Shown here: positions 48,648-59,007 of the stretch, piece by piece | How the letters are laid out: each line of letters begins with the position of its first letter | Position numbering within the stretch: position 1 is the first letter of the stretch | Assembly (NCBI GenBank): GCA_964019335.1 | Contig: OZ025714.1 | Coordinates: forward strand, 1-64,000 | Origin: Diplonema japonicum | Taxonomy: Eukaryota; Protista; Euglenozoa: Diplonemea | Length of the DNA: 64,000 bases | Direction: 5' to 3' | Program-made: the position numbers and the translations under genes | Notes under the pieces: generated by a model | Told to the model about the DNA's origin: nothing | The model's database searches: none | Seen by the model: only the letters and a program-made list of their open reading frames with translations

Positions 48648-50562
48648 TTATAAGTTCATCTTCTGCAGCTTCGTCATTTGCGGGCAATTGCGTGCCTGTT
48701 GAGGTTGTGTGTGCTGTGGTTACAATGAGCATACGATATGTCCCACACTGCCGCAGTGGAAGCACCTGTCACTGTTTGGGTCAAACCTGGCATCCTGACC
48801 CTGCGGTGCCTGCTCCTGTGGTAAGGACATTCATGGTTTTCTCACAGCATACTTTCTTCCGCAGCCAATACCCACCAGGCGCTTCTCTCTCGTCACCATC
48901 ATCTCCGAATAACCCCGCCGCTTCTGCTAGATCCACCAGCTCGTTGTCGATCGAGGAGTCGGAGCTGTCAGAAGAAGAGCTTGACGAGGTTGACGACCTC
49001 CTCCTTTTCTTCTTCTTTCTGCTTGCTTTCTTTTTGTGCCGCCTTGTGTCGTCCTCGCTGCTTGAGTCATGCCGTGCTGGCCTTCTTTGAACTTCGACCT
49101 TGACACTTTCTTCACTTGTCGAGTCGTGTCTCCTGCGTACCGGTGCCGTCTGTCTATCTCTGTCCCTGTCGCGAGTCCCGTGTTCTCTCTCTCTGTCCTC
49201 AGCTCGATCATAATTCTTGTCTCTGCCTCTGTCATCACTCCTGTCCCTGGCTCTCTTCTTTTCTCTATTCCTGTGTCTGTCGTTTTCGTGTCCTCTGTCG
49301 TCCCTGTCCCTGTCCCTGTCTCTGTCTCTGTCCCTGCTTCTCTCTCTGTTTCTGTCCCTGCCTCTTTCCCTGTCTCCCTCCCTAATTCCCTCTCTGTTAC
49401 TGTCCTTGTCCCTATCTCTGTCCCTGTCTTTGTCTCTGCTTCTCTCTTTGTTTCTGTCCCTGTCCCTATCTCTGTCTCTGTCCCTGCTTCTCTCTCTGTT
49501 TCTGTCCTTTCCGCGTTCCCTGTCCCTGTCCTTGTCTCTGTCCCCCCTGTCTCTGTCTCTGTCTCTGTCTCTGTCTCTGTCTCTGTCTCTGTCTCTGTCT
49601 CTGTCTCTGTCTCTGTCTCTGTCTCTGTCTCTGTCTCTGTCTCTGTCTCTGTCTCTGTCTCTGTCTCTGTCCCTGTCCCTATCTCTATCCCTGCTTCTGT
49701 CTCTATTTCTGCCATTGCCTCGTTCCCTTTCCCTATCCCCATCTCCGTCTCTTCTGTCCTTGTACCTGTCATGTCTACTTCTGTCCTTATGTTTGTCCTC
49801 GTCCTTCTCCCTGTTTCTTTATAGCTTTAAGAACTATGGCATACCGCGTTGTGTTTGCGTAGCCCGCTTTCCTCATCCGAATGACGAGCTCTCTCTGCAA
49901 CTGCTCAGGGCTAAGTTCTGACGGCTTCACGATGATAGTCCGCTTGAGGTACCTGGACTGGTCGAGGTCGCGGACAGCTGTGCTGGCCTCTTTCGGCTTA
50001 CTGAAGGTCACGAAACCGAAGCCCTAGGTGTGGTGTGAGTGTGATTGATGCATACTCTTGAACGCCTTTCACCTTCAAACTCTTTTGTTGCCACATGGGC
50101 GTCAGTCACGCTGCCGACTGTGCTGAACTTCTCTGCCAAGTCATCTGCAGTGCACGAGAAGTCAAGACCTCCTACGAAGATTTTGCATGCGTGTTCTTCT
50201 TCGATAGCAGCCGCCTCTTTCTCCATGAAAGTATTTACGTCGGGCTTCTCTGCCTTAACCTCATCCACTACCTTTTCTTCCTGCTTTGTTGCGTCTTCCT
50301 TGGCCTTCTCTGCTTTGGCTTCAAAGTTCCTCCTCTCCTCCTCCTTCTTGAGGGTGTACACGTTTCTTGATGTTGGCGATACGTACCGTTGCTTCCTCAT
50401 CTCCCCAGCTTCGTCATTAAGACCAGCCTCCCATTCTCTGATAGGCTCAGGTGAATCCACCTGTCCGATCCCTAGCAGCTTCGAACGCACAGCGCTCTGA
50501 AGGACCTCATCTCCATCTTCAGCGGAGCCCCTTTTCTTACGGTAATGCCGCTTAGCGGGCAT
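48648..50562 (-). CDS. RNA-binding protein: RRM + long Arg-Asp/Glu dipeptide region + CCHC zinc knuckle; 4 introns
   Basis: RNP2 KIFVGGL. RNP1 RSR|GFGFVTF is formed across intron 50055-50024. Intron 49844-49811 enters the RD frame. Introns 48852-48816 and 48734-48696 build CFHCGSVGHI|ARNC. Confidence 0.85.
49548..49670. repeat. (TGTCTC)n / (GACAGA)n hexamer microsatellite, about 20 units, encoding (RD)n
   Basis: Pure tract inside a longer degenerate array at about 49150-49790. Confidence 0.95.
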
Positions 50563-50623
50563 ACCTCCTGTGATGCCTGCGTTCGTGAAATATAAGATAT
50601 GCAAATTCTATTCTAAGAATGTA

Positions 50624-52366
50624 CTAAAGCTCCGTGTCCTCTACGGGTGTCGGCCGCCTGTCTATGTGGAAGGGGTAGAAGATGTCATCGCTCACAACTG
50701 GTAGAAGCGGCGGTGCTTCGATCGCGTCACTTTTGATGTTTGCAGAGCCCTCCCTGATGAAGGAGGCTCGCCACCGGAGGGCAAAACGTTGCCTTGCGCC
50801 CGCCACACGGTTGGTGAACGTGAAATCTGAGTACACGGGACTCTTAAGCACACCAGCTATGTAATCCTGTTGATAAACATTGATAGGTAGACACATGGCA
50901 GAACATACCTGAGGGTTGTAAACACGACCCATTCTTCTAAGCACAAACGTGTAGTCGTACCCTACAAGGAACCTGCATCGTCTGTGTGTGACCAGCTCAG
51001 TCGGATTCCCGTTCTGCGGGGTTGTTGTCACTAAGTTTGTCCAGTCAGCTGGTACATCAGATTCTGAGTTTCCGTACACAGCGAACTCAGTGGGCGCGGT
51101 GAGCATGTCAGGCAGAAACCCAGCAATGAGCACTTCTGCATTCGTTGTGCTACCCTGGCACATAGTGTTGTATTGATTTAAGTCCATCTCAAAACTGCAC
51201 CCTGCCGTAACCACGTTGAACAAGAACTTCACCTCATTCTGTTCCACTGATGAGCAATCGTACCCGAAGGGGAGGCTGAAGGCACTAATAACAGCATTTT
51301 GCCTTACAGAGATAGAGGTCCCTCGCCTGTACCCAGGGTTACCGCTCCACTGCGATGGTGTGACTGTGGTCATTGTGTCATCCACATTCAGCCACTTGAT
51401 AGTATGCTGCTGCACAACAGGCACAGTGGTCACGTCGCCTAGCGTGATACTCACACGGAACGCGCTGATTTGTGCCGTTGCTATCCCGTTGGTGGCAACG
51501 AGTTGGTACACAACCTCTATATCCACCCGCAGCGCGGCCTTCCTGCACACTCCAGCATCAAAGACAGTAGGGGGCGGTCCGTTTACATAGGTTACAGTCC
51601 TCTGACCGCTCAGCAAGATGTTCCACATTTCTGCATTTAACGCGCCACTACACAAATCTTGCAAGTTGCCACTGCGCGTGCACGTATTCCCACTTAACAC
51701 GTTTGTCAAGAAATACGCTGGTGTCAAATCGTTGCACGTCTGTCCGATGTCGGTTGGTATGGTCAGGTAGAACTGCACGCCGTCCCCCTGTTGCGCCATC
51801 ACACGGTCACCGGCACGGTACCAATCACCAGGAAGCTGATTGACACCAGGTGCGTCCTTTGGCACCCATGTGGTTATGGGCCCTCTCCTAAAGTTCCAAA
51901 GCTCTCTGTTTGAGTTTAAGGCAATAAGTTCTTGATCTGTTAAGGGACTCAGGTCGTAAGAGTCATCTGTGTTGTAGCGGTATGGCGTGTGATTGATATG
52001 CATACCATCAAGCCCTAAGCGATCGTGCACGATACACATCTGTGACCGTTCTGCCTCTGTTGACTGCGTCTTTAGCACCCGCGAATAATACTCCTCCTCA
52101 CTGTTGTACACTCCGTCCAGGCTCCCTCTGGGATTGATCCAAAAGGGCTCCAACACGCTCACAGGCGGCTCCGTACACCTCACACCTTTCCTCGATCCAT
52201 ACTTTTCCTTTTTACAGTGCGTAAAGGCATATTGCACTGTTGCCTCTTGGCAATCAGGGTCACAGCAGCAGTTCGCGTCGCATAGCAAAGACGTCAGGTC
52301 ACAAATGCAGTCACCTGTTCTGTCAACGACAGCTAAGAGCAAAGCATGAAGTACTAATAGTGACAT
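50624..52366 (-). CDS. TCTN: Tectonic-family ciliary transition-zone protein; probable 42-nt in-frame intron
   Basis: Signal peptide, GDCICDLT..CDANCCCDPDC, SGNPGY, and C-terminal PPLLP..DIFYPF. Intron 50908-50867. Confidence 0.88.
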   Translation of the reverse strand: MSLLVLHALLLAVVDRTGDCICDLTSLLCDANCCCDPDCQEATVQYAFTHCKKEKYGSRKGVRCTEPPVSVLEPFWINPRGSLDGVYNSEEEYYSRVLKTQSTEAERSQMCIVHDRLGLDGMHINHTPYRYNTDDSYDLSPLTDQELIALNSNRELWNFRRGPITTWVPKDAPGVNQLPGDWYRAGDRVMAQQGDGVQFYLTIPTDIGQTCNDLTPAYFLTNVLSGNTCTRSGNLQDLCSGALNAEMWNILLSGQRTVTYVNGPPPTVFDAGVCRKAALRVDIEVVYQLVATNGIATAQISAFRVSITLGDVTTVPVVQQHTIKWLNVDDTMTTVTPSQWSGNPGYRRGTSISVRQNAVISAFSLPFGYDCSSVEQNEVKFLFNVVTAGCSFEMDLNQYNTMCQGSTTNAEVLIAGFLPDMLTAPTEFAVYGNSESDVPADWTNLVTTTPQNGNPTELVTHRRCRFLVGYDYTFVLRRMGRVYNPQVCSAMCLPINVYQQDYIAGVLKSPVYSDFTFTNRVAGARQRFALRWRASFIREGSANIKSDAIEAPPLLPVVSDDIFYPFHIDRRPTPVEDTEL

Positions 52367-52421
52367 GTCTGTGGTAGGTGAGAACGTAGAAAAGTAAATA
52401 GCAACATGCAACACATAGATA

Positions 52422-53405
52422 TCAATTCACCAGTCCATTCGCCCAGTTCTCAGCAAGGGGCTCAGGCTGCGGTGCCGTTTTCGTCCACCAGATCATGCAC
52501 TCATGCTTCATGGCATTCATGAACTCTTCAAAGGACTCCTTTGGAAGAGGCATCACGGGAATACCATAAATACTGAGCCCCATCTTCAGGATCCCAAGCG
52601 GCGCATAATCCTTCCAGCACCACCCTGTGATCAAGTAGGCGGTGAAGCCCCGGTCGTGAAGATGTTCGAGCACTTTCACCGCATTCGTGACGATTTGAAA
52701 CCTCCGCCGGGGACCGAACTCCACCACGATGTTCTGCACGATGTCCATCTTCGGCATCGCAGACTCCAAGGCCACAAGCTCGAAGCCTTCGACATCGATC
52801 TTCATGAAGGACACCTTGTGCACCGTGTCAAGCACCTCGGACAGGGGCAGGGCATCGATCTCGCCAGACGCATTCACCTGCGCCATCGCAGTGCCACCGT
52901 CGCCACGTGTACGCCACATGTTCACCTTCACATGTTCCATCGCAATGGCATGGTTGCGGATGGTGAATCTGTTCTGTAGATTGTTCGACTGCACCGACGA
53001 GCGAATCAAGGAGACGAGGTTCCTCTGCGGCTCGACTGCGACCACGTTGCGTCCCATTGTCGCGGCGTACAAGGAGAAGAAGGCATGGTTCGCCCCCACG
53101 TCCACCATGCACGAAGACGTCTCGCTGTCCTCGTTCAGAATGGTCTTCATCAGGTAGTAAGTGAGGTTCTCGCGTTCGAAGTGGCTCACCATAGAACGCT
53201 TGTAGTAAGTAGCTACTTTGAAGTGGGGATGAGGTCCGAAGGATGGGAAATCAGCCAACGGTGCTTTTGTATCGATATCTGGTTCGGCAGGTCTCGGCTT
53301 TTCATATATTCTATCTGCTTCCTTAGATCGCCTCAGGATTATAAAATTACTCCAGAATACCACAGCACACAGAACCAATGCGAAAGAAGTCAGAGATTTG
53401 TTCAT
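52422..53405 (-). CDS. FkbM-family SAM methyltransferase, signal-anchored (copy A)
   Basis: VDVGANHAFFSL, VAVEPQ, MKIDVEGFE. Start MNKSLTS with a TM helix. Confidence 0.88.
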   Translation of the reverse strand: MNKSLTSFALVLCAVVFWSNFIILRRSKEADRIYEKPRPAEPDIDTKAPLADFPSFGPHPHFKVATYYKRSMVSHFERENLTYYLMKTILNEDSETSSCMVDVGANHAFFSLYAATMGRNVVAVEPQRNLVSLIRSSVQSNNLQNRFTIRNHAIAMEHVKVNMWRTRGDGGTAMAQVNASGEIDALPLSEVLDTVHKVSFMKIDVEGFELVALESAMPKMDIVQNIVVEFGPRRRFQIVTNAVKVLEHLHDRGFTAYLITGWCWKDYAPLGILKMGLSIYGIPVMPLPKESFEEFMNAMKHECMIWWTKTAPQPEPLAENWANGLVN

Positions 53406-53853
53406 TTTATATCTTCTATTTTCGCGATGGCACGCACAACCTTTGCTTGGTGGATGGTGGCAAGAAGGCAATGGGAAGAATATGTGCAGTACGATCAGAC
53501 TCGATAAAAGTGGAAAGAAAAAAAAAGGTGTTAAGAAAAAGAAAAGAAGAAGAAAATCGTATAGGATAGGATTGCACTCTAGGAGTTGCAAAGCACCGTT
53601 GTTAGAGAAAAAAAAAAAGTTAAGATTAAGAAGACGTGGGCCCCAAGTCCCTCCGGGCACTGATTCCACCTCACAAGTTTCGTGATTTAGGCAGATTTAA
53701 ATATTGATCGCTATGGGAAATTTACGCGAATCACCACACGCATTTCTTATGTCTGGATGCTCAGAAACTGGTGTCATTTGAGCTCTTTGACCGCTCTTTG
53801 AGTTCAACAGGAAGTGATGGTTCTATTTCATTTTTCTTTCCCCCCCCCCCTCT

Positions 53854-54936
53854 TCAATTCACCAGTCCATTCGCCCAGTTCTCAGCAAGGGGCTCAGGCT
53901 GCGGTGCCGTTTTCGTCCACCAGATCATGCACTCATGCTTCATGGCATTCATGAACTCTTCAAAGGACTCCTTTGGAAGAGGCATCACGGGAATACCATA
54001 AATACTGAGCCCCATCTTCAGGATCCCAAGCGGCGCATAATCCTTCCAGCACCACCCTGTGATCAAGTAGGCGGTGAAGCCCCGGTCGTGAAGATGTTCG
54101 AGCACTTTCACCGCATTCGTGACGATTTGAAACCTCCGCCGGGGACCGAACTCCACCACGATGTTCTGCACGATGTCCATCTTCGGCATCGCAGACTCCA
54201 AGGCCACAAGCTCGAAGCCTTCGACATCGATCTTCATGAAGGACACCTTGTGCACCGTGTCAAGCACCTCGGACAGGGGCAGGGCATCGATCTCGCCAGA
54301 CGCATTCACCTGCGCCATCGCAGTGCCACCGTCGCCACGTGTACGCCACATGTTCACCTTCACATGTTCCATCGCAATGGCATGGTTGCGGATGGTGAAT
54401 CTGTTCTGTAGATTGTTCGACTGCACCGACGAGCGAATCAAGGAGACGAGGTTCCTCTGCGGCTCGACTGCGACCACGTTGCGTCCCATTGTCGCGGCGT
54501 ACAAGGAGAAGAAGGCATGGTTCGCCCCCACGTCCACCATGCACGAAGACGTCTCGCTGTCCTCGTTCAGAATGGTCTTCATCAGGTAGTAAGTGAGGTT
54601 CTCGCGTTCGAAGTGGCTCACCATAGAACGCCCGTAGTAAGTAGCTACCTTGAAGTGGGGATGAGGTCCGAAGGATGGGAAATCAGCCAACGGTGCCTTT
54701 GTATCGATATCTGGTTCGGCAGGTCTCGGCTTTTCGTATATTTGCCTATCTGTATCGGCGTCTCTTGGCTTCTCGGTCGCGTGCCCCCCACGGGTAGGGT
54801 CAGGGGTTTCATTTGAAGTTGCGACTACAGCTGGCTTGAGGTTGCTTGCTTTGTTTGAATCACTGTACATCACAATGTTGCTGCTGAAGCCTGCCATGCA
54901 CAGGACTAGCACCAGGCCTGCGATGGCTTTGTTCAT
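53854..54936 (-). CDS. FkbM-family SAM methyltransferase, signal-anchored (copy B)
   Basis: Same motifs; catalytic domain essentially identical to copy A, with a different N-terminus. Confidence 0.9.
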   Translation of the reverse strand: MNKAIAGLVLVLCMAGFSSNIVMYSDSNKASNLKPAVVATSNETPDPTRGGHATEKPRDADTDRQIYEKPRPAEPDIDTKAPLADFPSFGPHPHFKVATYYGRSMVSHFERENLTYYLMKTILNEDSETSSCMVDVGANHAFFSLYAATMGRNVVAVEPQRNLVSLIRSSVQSNNLQNRFTIRNHAIAMEHVKVNMWRTRGDGGTAMAQVNASGEIDALPLSEVLDTVHKVSFMKIDVEGFELVALESAMPKMDIVQNIVVEFGPRRRFQIVTNAVKVLEHLHDRGFTAYLITGWCWKDYAPLGILKMGLSIYGIPVMPLPKESFEEFMNAMKHECMIWWTKTAPQPEPLAENWANGLVN

Positions 54937-55079
54937 TGTGCTGCTCCTTTCCTGTGATATGATTTTTAAGGCAAAAACAAATGACAGAGAGAAACGAAAT
55001 TACAACTCGACAAAAATAGCCCGTTGGTCATGACCGTTGCTATTGATGATGATGGAGGGAAAAAGAAGAAAAAAAATAA

Positions 55080-56660
55080 GAGAAAAACTACAAACACGAC
55101 AACCAAATGAAAATTTTCCACCGTTCAAGCCAACCCGAATTTCATTTTCCACCAAACACGGTAACCCAATTTCATTTTTCCACCAAGCACGGAAACCCAA
55201 TTTCATTTTTCCACCAAAAATGATACCCTAATTTCGATTTCCACCAAACACGGATACCCAATTTCAATTTTCCACCGTTCCCTGTAAACCATCAAAATTT
55301 TCCTTTAGGAAACCTAATTTCGAATTTCCACCAAACACGGAACCTTTCGCATTTTCGTTTTTTTGACTATTTGCGAAATATAGAGCGCACTGCAACAATA
55401 GGAATAAATGATTAGGCAAAAGGAAAAAAAAGGGGGGGGGGGAATGACTCTACACTATGACACTACGTTAGCTGGGTCTGCTTCAGCTCAGAAGAGCACT
55501 TCTAGGAGTCTGCGGCTGTGACGCAGCAGTCGAGTGGTGGGGGTTCTTGCAAGAACGGGCATTGTGCCCCACTTTCTTGCAGTTGCCGCAGGTGTGTCCC
55601 CTCTCCTTCGCTCAGTTTCCTCTTATCCCCCAACGAGGGTCTCCCCGTTCTTGAGTTACAACGGGGGGCTTGAGGTTATCTTCACACAGGACCCTGACAG
55701 AAGGCGGGCGGGGGGTGGCGAAATACATTAAACGCCAAGCGGCGACCCGCAAACACTTGGGAAGGAGATCCAAGTGGTTCTTGTGCCCCGCGGGCCACAG
55801 CACAAATGTGGACGCAAGGTGTTTTCAACACATCCAACCCTGCAGCACACTCAACCCCCCCCCCCCCCCGGGCACCACTCAGGGAAAGAGACTGTGGCCC
55901 TTTGAGCAGAACCCAAGGCCCACCTACGTTGTGTGCTTGCCACTTTCGAAACTGTGGCTTGCGTCATTCTTGGTGGAGACAGCGGCGCAAATCCGCATGT
56001 TGCAATTGCCAACAGGGAAAGAAATGGTGGCACGGTTGTTTTTTCTGACGCTCTGCTTGGCTCTGCGTTCGTCCAACCCAAACAGGGCCACTGCCGTCCC
56101 CACAATTGTGGCGAAAACGGTGTCCTTGGCCAGGGGGTCAGTTAGAACGCCGTGCAACGTGGTTGTGAATAAGGAAGAAGGCGAAATAAATCAAAGAAGG
56201 CTGTGGTAAGTAGTGATAAAGGTTTGGAGTCAGTCAAGTAAAGGACAGTGGAAGGTGGAAAAACTTTTCGAGGATACCGTGGTGGTGGAAATAATTTTCG
56301 AAGTTACCGTGGAAGGTGGAAAAAGCCTTGGTGGTTACCGCGGTGGAAATATGCCGCCAAGTTGCCGTGGTGGTGGTGGAAATTAATTTTCGAGGTTACC
56401 GTGTATGATGGAAATTAATTTTCAAGGTTACCGTGGATGGTGGAAATATGCCGCCAAGTTGCCGTGGTTGGTGGATTTCAAAAGTGGTTACCGTGGATGG
56501 TGGACAAAATATTTTGAAAACGTGTTTGGTGGATATGAAATTGCAAGTTTCCGTGAACAATAGAGAAATATATTCGAGTTACCGTGGACAAAGGGCAAAA
56601 AACAGGTTACAGAGTTTGGTGGAAAATCCAAATTCGCTTGTCGTGTTTGTAGTTTCTCTC
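55080..56660. mobile_element. Non-autonomous Mutator-like (MULE)/foldback DNA transposon
   Basis: TIRs GAGA(A/G)AAACTACAAACACGACAA, a 9-bp TSD AAAAAATAA (55071-55079 and 56661-56669), and inverted subterminal arrays of TTCCACC..CACGG. Minus-strand transposase remnants: CNMRICAA..HT, PCVHICAV (SWIM), PPVV..RG.P and CGNCKKVGHNARSC. Confidence 0.9.
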
Positions 56661-57351
56661 AAAAAATAATAATAATATCTTTGGTAAAACTCTCATCGTT
56701 TTTTTGGTTGTTTCGAAACCCGAGGTAAAATACCTGCAGAAGTGAATCCTTACTACTTATTATCATTTTAACCTTTTTGCTTTTGAAGGAAAAAAAAAGA
56801 AAGTTAGCCGAAGTTGCACTTCTTTATCCTTTTTCTTCTTGTTTATCCCCCCCCCCCCCCCCCAGTGCATTCTTTTTTCTTTCTCTTCTCTTGGTTTGAT
56901 GTCAAGGAAAAACTTCTCTTTCTTTCTGTGCTTCACTATGTTGCTGTCGTTGTTTTTTTTTTTTTTTCTTTTTTTTTTCTTCCTTTTCTTTTAATCTTGT
57001 CTCCCTTTGCTATAAACTTGTTGAGAAACCCCCCCAAAAAAAGAACTTGTTTATCTTTCTTTTTTCTCTTTTTAAATTCAATAACGGAACATAAATACTT
57101 AAAGAAGGCATGCTCACATGCATGGTTTGCGGACGTGTGGTCCTCCCGTGGATAGGGTGGAAAGCAAAAAAAAAAAAAAAAACGCAGAAAGGGGTGGGAG
57201 TGCAATTGCCGTAAACGTTTACGGCGCTTCAAAAATAGTTTACTGATAAAGGTTTGTGATGATGGGACCAAGGTGGTGCACGTCAGACAGCTGTGGTGTG
57301 GTGCGTGTGAACTTTCATTCCACCCCCCCCCCCCCCCCCCCTATTGTTTTG

Positions 57352-58846
57352 TCATACCTCAACATGTGGTAGAATGTAGGGAATGGATACTTTAAAGAGG
57401 TTGAGCTCAGGCCACAGAGACCTCCCGATGCCCTCCAAGAGGGCGATGGACAGCACAAGGGTGGTGAAGGCCGGATCGAGCTTCACTTGGTTGTTCCGTA
57501 CAACGTCCATAGTGTCGAAGAGAAGCTCGCCGATGTGAACGTCAGCCAAGCAGAACGACCTTCGCAGGCTGGTGTTCACGTTGCTGATGATGTCCTGCAT
57601 CCCGTTCTTGAAAGCCTCCGGGTCTATGCAGCTGTCGTATTTCGCGCCCTTCAGAATCAGATCCCCCGCCAGCCTCCCTTCCCCGCTGCACACCGCAGCA
57701 AACAGCTCCATGAAGTTCTTCTGATCCGTCTTGTTCAGCGTCGACACCAACCCCGCGTCAAGGAACGTTAGCGAGAAGATCCCGTTCTTCTTGTTCACCT
57801 GAACATGGTTTGTTGTTTCTCTTTTTTTTTTTTTTTTTTTTTTTGCACACCAATATGTTCCCAGGGTGCAGGTCTGCGTGGAATAAATTATCGTCGAACA
57901 CCATTTTAAAAAAGGCATGGCACCCTATGGTGGCGATCTTCTGCTTGTCGACCTGGCTCACGTCGTCCTGCTGGTACTCCGTCAGGGAGCAGCCCTCTTC
58001 GAATGTCTCCGTCAGCACACTGTACGAGACGTAAGGTGCGATCGGCACAGGGAAGTGCACGTTTCCAACGTCTTTGAAGGCACGCACGAATCTCTGAAGA
58101 TTGCTGGCTTCCAGTTTGAAGTCAAGCTGGCTCCTCATCAGGTTAGTGAATTCATCACAGGACTCCACCAGTGACAGCCACTGGCTACCTGGTAGCACTG
58201 CTGCAAACGCCCGTGCCCCCATGCCCAGGAGGGACAGGTCGATATCCACCGACTCCTCTACATCGGGATGCATCACCTTCACCACCAGCTCCTGGTTGCT
58301 ACCGCGTAGCTTTGCTTTGTGCACTTGTGCGATGCACCCGGAGTGCAGAGGTTTCTCATCAATGTATTCAAACATTTCGTCCGATCCAAATGACTCTTCG
58401 ATCCGCTTCTTGGTGTTTGCCCATGAGTGTGTTGGGGCGTCGGTGTGCAGGTTTCCCACGACAACACAGAAGTCCTTCCCAAAAAGGTCAGGCCGCGTCG
58501 CCGCCCACTGGCCCAACTTCAAAAAGCACGGGCCTGAAGTCTTAAACATCTGGAGGATCAGCAGGTGCAGCGTGCTCTTGCTGACCATCCGCTCGGAGAT
58601 GGTGTGCAGCAACGCAGCCCACAACAATGGGACGAACACATAGTACACCAAGTATGCTCCTCGGAACACAACTCGCATCATATGCACAACTCCCTTCAAA
58701 CTATTCCGAACGCTCACCTTCACCGGTGCTACCTCCTGCGTCAGCGGTAGGGGTACGATATTCTCGGCGTGACACTTCTGCTCCATCGCCTTGAAGCAGC
58801 ACCCGCTTGCTGTTCCCAACATTGCAGCAACATACCGACGCCTCAT
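57352..58846 (-). CDS. ABC1/UbiB/ADCK atypical kinase (ADCK2-like); 1 intron
   Basis: GPCFLKLGQWAATRPDLF, SGCIAQVHKA, VVKVMHP, HADLHPGNIL|V, FLDAGL. 52-nt A-rich intron 57850-57799. Confidence 0.92.
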
Positions 58847-59007
58847 TACTGCACCTGTTGTAAGTGAAATTGTAAACCTGCATTCTTATTCTTTTTACTC
58901 AAAACCGGTAGTCTAAGTTAAAGCACGCATTCACTCGTAAAGTTCATGATAATGAACCACAAAACTAATGAACTCCTTTATGTTGCTAGATGCTTCCATC
59001 GTCTCGA
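58798..59007. repeat. ~210-bp direct repeat, left copy (contains the ADCK start codon)
   Basis: Matches 60771-60979 with about 4-5 differences, including one indel. Confidence 0.95.

Noticed and set aside
48927-49921. (ET)n, (SV)n and (SL)n repeat proteins in the ORF track
   Set aside because: Alternative frames of the hexamer repeat; splicing places the RRM gene in the (RD)n frame.
53640-53830. MITE-like segment between the FkbM copies
   Set aside because: Composition is suggestive, but no TIR pair or TSD could be identified.
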